Below are positions 58,942 through 64,000 of a stretch of DNA of 64,000 nt, piece by piece (the stretch's first letter is position 1; every line of letters begins with the position of its first letter). The stretch spans positions 288,001 to 352,000 of the forward strand of contig CAWBOS010000006.1 of NCBI GenBank assembly GCA_963790475.1, given 5' to 3'. The stretch is from an uncultured delta proteobacterium (GTDB taxonomy: Bacteria; Desulfobacterota; RBG-13-43-22). The notes under the pieces were generated by a model. It was not told where the DNA came from, did no database searches, and saw only the letters and a list, made by a program, of their open reading frames with translations. The translations under genes were made by a program, and so were the position numbers.

Positions 58942-61230
58942 TTATTGCCGGCCCATGGCCACATTAAAGTCCCCCTCCGGATCATGGTGCGCATCGCCCT
59001 GAACATCCACCACAACTTTTTTCAAGGTCCCGGAGAAAGAAAAAGGACACTGGTAATTTTCGCTCACCGGGGTGGTTGTGTCGCGTCCGATTTCGAGGCC
59101 CTCTGAAATCGAATTGCGGATAGGGACGGTGCGGGCAATCTTCCCCTCCCCGACTTTGGCCTTGTTGATAAATAGCGCCCCCTCGCCTTGGTGCTCCCCG
59201 GTTTTGCTGAAGACAAACCGCAGGGTCGAAGGGCCTTTGGGCACCTCGACTTCGGAAGTCACAACATAGTGCGCGGTCCCCAAAAAGTTGTGGTCATATA
59301 TCAGGCGATTGTTCTGCAGGTAGAGGGTGTAGCCTCCGAACCGGCCTCCCCGGGCCAGCAGGACACCTTCGGCCCCGCCTTCGGGAATTTCGACCTCGGC
59401 GCTGATGGAGTGGGAACGGTTCCGGGTGTCGGGAGCGATCCCCTCCGGGATCATGGAGGTGCCCGGGTAAAAGGTAAAAGAAGTCCTACCCTGGTCCAGC
59501 CGGGGTTTTTGATCGGTAAAGCGCAGACCGGTGCGATCATCGAGGGGCAGGACCTGGTATTTACCGGCCTCAGCCCACCAGCGATCCACCAGTTCGCGGA
59601 GCTTTCCGGGTTCCGATTGAGCCAGGTCGTGACACTCGGAAAAATCCTGGTCCAGGTGGTATAACTCCCAGTGGTCGTCGTCGAAGTTTCCCCCTGCCCT
59701 CGGCGAGTGGTAGGTCACGGCCTTCCAGCCATCGTGCCAGATACCCCGGTGTCCGAACATTTCGTAGTACTGCACTTCCTTACGGGTTGGGGCCTGCGGG
59801 TCTTCGAAGCTGTAAAGCATGCTCAGGCCCTCGATGGGTTTTTGGGTGATCCCGTTCAGCACTTCGGGCGCCTCAATCCCGATGGCTTCCAGTACGGTCG
59901 GGACTATGTCGGTAACGTGATGATACTGAGTACGAATGCCCTCCTGCACCCGGATGCCCTTGGGCCAGTGCCGGATGCCCATGGGCCAGTGAATGATGAG
60001 GGGGTCCCGGACACCACCGCCGTGGGTGTTCTGCTTGTAGCGCTTGAGGGGCGTGTTTCCGGCCATGGCCCAGCCCCTGGGGTAGTGGTTGAAAGTCCGG
60101 GGCCCGCCGAGTTCGTCGATCCGGGCCAGGTTCTCCTCCAGGGTCTCGGGCAGGGCGTTGAAAAAGCGGTTCTCATTGAGCGAACCATGCCAGTATCCCT
60201 CCTGGCTGGCCCCGTTGTCTGAAATCAGGATGATCAGCGTATTATCCATCTGATCGGTTTCTTCCAGGAAATCGAGGAAGCGGCCGATATGATGATCGGT
60301 GTGGTCCATAAACCCGGCAAAGACCTCCTGCATCCGGGTGTACAGACGACGCTGGTCATCGGAGAGTTCGGCCCAGGCCTTGATCCCCGGGTTGCGCGGG
60401 GCAAGCTCGGTTTCGGGAGGAACGATCCCCATCTCCTTCTGCCGGGCCAGGACCTCCTCGCGCTCCGCGTCCCAGCCCCGGTCGAACCTGCCTTTGTACT
60501 TGGCGATAAATTCCTTGGGGGCGTGGTGTGGGGCATGGCAGGCGCCGAAGGCCATCCACAGGAAAAAGGGCTTGTCCGGGTCGATCTGCCGCTGGTCTAA
60601 AACGAACTCTATGGATTTGTCGACGATGTCCTCGGTCAGGTGATAACCGGGGCGGTCCGGCTGCTGGATCCGATGATTGTCGTAAACCAGGTCCGGGTTC
60701 CACTGACTGGTATCCCCTCCCAGGAATCCGTAAAAACGATCGAATCCCATTCCCAGCGGCCAGCGGTCGTAGGGGCCGGCGGCGCTGGTCTCTTCCTCCG
60801 GGGTGTTATGCCACTTGCCCACGGCAAAGGTGCCGTAGCCGCTTTCTCTGAGGATATGGGCCACGGTCCCGGCACTTTTCGGAATCCGGCCATTGTATCC
60901 GGGGTATCCGGTGGAGAGTTCGGTGATGATCCCCGTCCCGACTGAATGGTGGTTTCGTCCGGTGAGCAGACAGGACCTGGAGGGTGAGCACAAGGCCGTG
61001 GTGTGAAAGTTGTTGTAGCGCAGACCGCCGGCCGCCAGGCGGTCCATGTTGGGTGTTTCAATCCCGGCTCCGTAGCAACCCAGTTGGGCGAAGCCGACGT
61101 CGTCCAGGATGATGAAGACGACATTCGGGCTTCCTTTGGGGGCCCGCTTGGGTTTCGGCCACCAGGGGGTAGACTCGTTGATAGTTCGGCCGATGACTCC
61201 CTGCCAGGGTTCGGACTTCCGGTTTGACAT
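58942..61230 (-). CDS. Arylsulfatase (Cys-type, formylglycine-dependent)
   Basis: LDDVG, CSPSRSCLLTGR, GKWH, SDNG. Confidence 0.95.
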   Translation of the reverse strand: MSNRKSEPWQGVIGRTINESTPWWPKPKRAPKGSPNVVFIILDDVGFAQLGCYGAGIETPNMDRLAAGGLRYNNFHTTALCSPSRSCLLTGRNHHSVGTGIITELSTGYPGYNGRIPKSAGTVAHILRESGYGTFAVGKWHNTPEEETSAAGPYDRWPLGMGFDRFYGFLGGDTSQWNPDLVYDNHRIQQPDRPGYHLTEDIVDKSIEFVLDQRQIDPDKPFFLWMAFGACHAPHHAPKEFIAKYKGRFDRGWDAEREEVLARQKEMGIVPPETELAPRNPGIKAWAELSDDQRRLYTRMQEVFAGFMDHTDHHIGRFLDFLEETDQMDNTLIILISDNGASQEGYWHGSLNENRFFNALPETLEENLARIDELGGPRTFNHYPRGWAMAGNTPLKRYKQNTHGGGVRDPLIIHWPMGIRHWPKGIRVQEGIRTQYHHVTDIVPTVLEAIGIEAPEVLNGITQKPIEGLSMLYSFEDPQAPTRKEVQYYEMFGHRGIWHDGWKAVTYHSPRAGGNFDDDHWELYHLDQDFSECHDLAQSEPGKLRELVDRWWAEAGKYQVLPLDDRTGLRFTDQKPRLDQGRTSFTFYPGTSMIPEGIAPDTRNRSHSISAEVEIPEGGAEGVLLARGGRFGGYTLYLQNNRLIYDHNFLGTAHYVVTSEVEVPKGPSTLRFVFSKTGEHQGEGALFINKAKVGEGKIARTVPIRNSISEGLEIGRDTTTPVSENYQCPFSFSGTLKKVVVDVQGDAHHDPEGDFNVAMGRQ

Positions 61231-61410
61231 CTTGGCCTCCTGTTTAATAAGGGGGAAAGACCCCAGTCATAAATTTTTATAAGAATTCTTTTGGGATGGG
61301 GAAATTATAGAATAAGGAAAAGGGGGTATCAAGGAGAAAAAAGGGAACCGTAGGCCAGGGGGGGAGGGTAATACATTTTTCCCGATGCCGCGGAATTCAA
61401 CCCTTAATCA

Positions 61411-62067
61411 TTAAATCCGAAATTTTCGGGCATGTTCTTCTGACCAGAAGAAAACACACTCCGTTCAGAATGAATCGATAATACTATCGTCTTTGAGTTT
61501 GGAAAAATCTATATCCGGTACAAGAATTACCGGCTGGCATCTTTCGTCTCTGGCTTTATAGTGTAAATCGTTGTCAATCTCGATTCCCATGGGACGAGAG
61601 CAGTGGGCGCATTCGGTTTCAATGTGCACAATCAGATGTTCGTTTCGCAATTTCCCTTGCACGAAGGGCGTTGCAAAGGCATCTGCCGCTCAGGCGGCAT
61701 ACAATTTTTCACCGGTACTAAAAGTAATTTTGTGAGGCGTTTCATCAACTGTCACCGGATAGGCCCAGACCACCTCCCCCTCTCTGTTTCGGTAGAGAAA
61801 GGTCAGGCGCTTTTCCAAATAATCCAAAGCTTTTTTAACACGATCGACAGGAGAGCCAATGTCGTCCGATATAAATTCCGGGGATAAAGGCTTGCCTTTA
61901 CGCGGAAGTTCTCTCACCACAAAATGATGAACCCGGCGATATTCTTCGGATAGAGCGCCTTGCTCTTTTTCAAATCTTCTTTTTCCCTTGGCAATTTGTT
62001 TTTGCCATAAAAATGGCGGCACATTTACTATATACCGCCACAATCCGAGCATGAGTTTGTTACTCAT
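61411..62067 (-). CDS. MerB-like organometal lyase, probable selenoprotein with two in-frame UGA codons (218 aa)
   Basis: ORFs 62067-61690 and 61662-61465 are in the same frame; read-through gives AYP..TPH..LYAA-U-AAD..ECAHC..SF-U-TECVFFWSEEHA; TAA at 61411. Confidence 0.8.
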
Positions 62068-62143
62068 AGATCACCCCCGGGGCATGTTCTCGAAGGTCCC
62101 CTTGCCCTACCGATATGACCTCTTAAGCAAAGTTCCTCGATGA

Positions 62144-62692
62144 TTAGAACAAGAACTTTGCCCCGAAGAGAACAGAGACAAAGAAATTATCACTCCCCCG
62201 GACATCAAGATTGGTGAAATTGAAGAGGACGGTACCATCCAACGATATCGAATTTGTCAATTTATACTCGGCCCCCAAACCTAAAGGAATAAGGAAATTG
62301 GTATCGTTTTCGCTTCCCCCTCCTCCCGGTTTAAAATCAGCATAGGCCAATCCGAGGCCAGCCTGGACGTGGGGTTTGAGGTTTGGAAGGCCCCCGAGGT
62401 CGAAGGTATATTTTGCCTGGACAGTTAGACCCATTAAAAAGAGATCATTGGTGAATCCCATTTGGAGAAGCGGACCGACTGAGAACTCATTGGTAAGGTA
62501 GTAATCGCCGGAAAAGGCAACAGCAAAGGCGGTATGATCAGGTGTATTGGCTATAAAACCCACAGCAGGTTCAAAGGTAAACCTCCCCATTCTGTCTGCG
62601 GCCCCGGCGAATGAGACTTGTGAAACAATCACCAAGGTAATTACGACCCCGACCAGGAAAGGCATGATGTTGGATGGCTTTGTTGCTTTCAT
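62144..62692 (-). CDS. Outer-membrane 8-stranded beta-barrel protein
   Basis: Signal peptide, alternating strands, PHVQAGLG, terminal Phe. Confidence 0.75.
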   Translation of the reverse strand: MKATKPSNIMPFLVGVVITLVIVSQVSFAGAADRMGRFTFEPAVGFIANTPDHTAFAVAFSGDYYLTNEFSVGPLLQMGFTNDLFLMGLTVQAKYTFDLGGLPNLKPHVQAGLGLAYADFKPGGGGSENDTNFLIPLGLGAEYKLTNSISLDGTVLFNFTNLDVRGSDNFFVSVLFGAKFLF

Positions 62693-63001
62693 TGTTAAAT
62701 CTCCTTTTCGCATTTTATTGGTTATGAAGGCATTGACAAATTGACACTGTAAAATCGGTTTGGATGGTCGGCCCCCGGCTCCCGGAGGACTCAATAAGAT
62801 ATTAATTTCTGTTATGTTGGGTTAAGAAAACGCCAACATAAGTCAAATATAACCTTGGCTTCTTTACAAAAAAGTTTAGCAGGAACGCTCTCAAGAATCA
62901 ATAAGATCAAGTCTGTATTTTCGTCCTGAGAAAACTGTATTTTATCGACCAAGACGCAGAAATGGAACTCTTGGAACAACCGTCTCAGGTTCGCTGAAGA
63001 T

Positions 63002-63655
63002 TTATTTCGTGCCGGGTTGCATCCCCAGGCGAAGTCCCAGCCCCAGCGCTCCTGTGGCCACCATCTGGATAAGATGACAAATTCCATTATGGTCGAACGG
63101 GAACACGATGCGAAGCGATACATCACTGGCCTGCACCCCCGCAGCAGCCAGATTGCACAGGATTGCCAGAGAGACGACTCCGGCGCCCTTCAACCGCCTG
63201 GTGGCAGCAAGAAATGAGTAGATCGTCAGCGCGATCAGCGTCGCAGCGGCCGCATAAACGGCGAAGACGATGAATCCCCCCAGCAAAAACGCGGTCAGCG
63301 CGAAAATGGCAACCCCCACTCCAATGCTCCAGGGGATGAGACGCCCCGCCACGGCTCGCCCCCGCCAATCATAGACAGCGCCCACTAAGAATAAGGCGGC
63401 GAGAATTTCCAAGGTTAAAATGAGAGGCATCCAAAGGGCTGCACGCATGGAATTCGGCAGCTCGAATCCATGGACAATAGCCCCGAGAAAAGACGAAAAG
63501 GCTATGAGGCCAAATACCCAGCACCATAGCCCGGTTCTCCATCGATCACCTGATGCGGTTCGCCACAGGTATACGGCCATCATGACAGCCTCGAAGGCAA
63601 GCAGGGCATCGGTGGCGCTGGTCGTCAGCTCAGTCGGTTGGATAGTCATAATCAT
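63002..63655 (-). CDS. Multi-pass membrane protein of unknown function
   Basis: ~7 hydrophobic helices; TSATD, GAIVHG, FDHNGICH motifs. Confidence 0.65.
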   Translation of the reverse strand: MIMTIQPTELTTSATDALLAFEAVMMAVYLWRTASGDRWRTGLWCWVFGLIAFSSFLGAIVHGFELPNSMRAALWMPLILTLEILAALFLVGAVYDWRGRAVAGRLIPWSIGVGVAIFALTAFLLGGFIVFAVYAAAATLIALTIYSFLAATRRLKGAGVVSLAILCNLAAAGVQASDVSLRIVFPFDHNGICHLIQMVATGALGLGLRLGMQPGTK

Positions 63656-63698
63656 GGCGAGCGTGTTGATTCAACCCCCTTCCGTCTCTTGCTTGTTC

Positions 63699-64000
63699 TT
63701 ACGGCACTCTAAAATCAAAAAAATTGTGGCACTTGTTACAATAGGATTCCGATTTACGATGAGCCTTGTGGCACAGACCGCATTCGATATTTCCTGAATG
63801 AGATTCATGGGGATTGGGTGTCAAACCCCTGGTCAATTTGGCTACCTCCGGATAGTTTTTATGACAGGAGAGGCATTGGGCGGTGGTCAGCGCCTTGTGA
63901 GAAGTGGCTTCGCCGTGGCAGTTCCGGCAGGAGATCCCCTTCCATAGATGCAGATGGCTCAAGGGGACTTTACCCCAAAGGTTTTGTTCCTTACGACTGT
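63699..64000 (-). CDS. Small tetraheme cytochrome c (5' end outside window)
   Basis: Four CxxCH: CRNCH, CLSCH, CGLCH, CNKCH; NPH.SH. Confidence 0.88.
   Translation of the reverse strand, partial: SRKEQNLWGKVPLSHLHLWKGISCRNCHGEATSHKALTTAQCLSCHKNYPEVAKLTRGLTPNPHESHSGNIECGLCHKAHRKSESYCNKCHNFFDFRVP

Overview
64 kb of chromosome from an anaerobic deltaproteobacterium-like organism (probably Desulfobacterota; inferred from the Ahb heme pathway, CIRCE-controlled groESL, corrinoid methyltransferases and a tetraheme cytochrome). Housekeeping and metabolic blocks are: NtrC-type two-component system, crp/fnr-hemB-ahbD-ahbA, dgt, groESL, acyl-CoA metabolism, ANTAR-controlled glutamate synthase, a GH3 + corrinoid methyltransferase operon, and rrf2-cydAB-rubrerythrin. 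These are interrupted by a ~12 kb defence island (type I R-M, Abi/HEPN, OLD nuclease, REase-STAND NTPase) and many miniature repeats and gene remnants. Top leads: (1) a MerB-like lyase split by two in-frame TGA codons that fall at both catalytic Cys positions, i.e. a probable double selenoprotein (61411-62067); (2) a ~1.96 kb element with no terminal inverted repeats, flanked by CTTAGG direct repeats, with a subterminal hairpin, a highly structured leader and a KxYxK...LRxE (Rep_trans/rolling-circle-like) protein (49860-51818); (3) an Abi gene with a hairpin leader RNA inserted at the hsdM/hsdS junction inside nested inverted repeats, whose arms are also translated within HsdS at both pseudo-symmetric positions. 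All protein assignments come from motifs recognised by eye; no database searches were run. Several frameshifts may be assembly errors.
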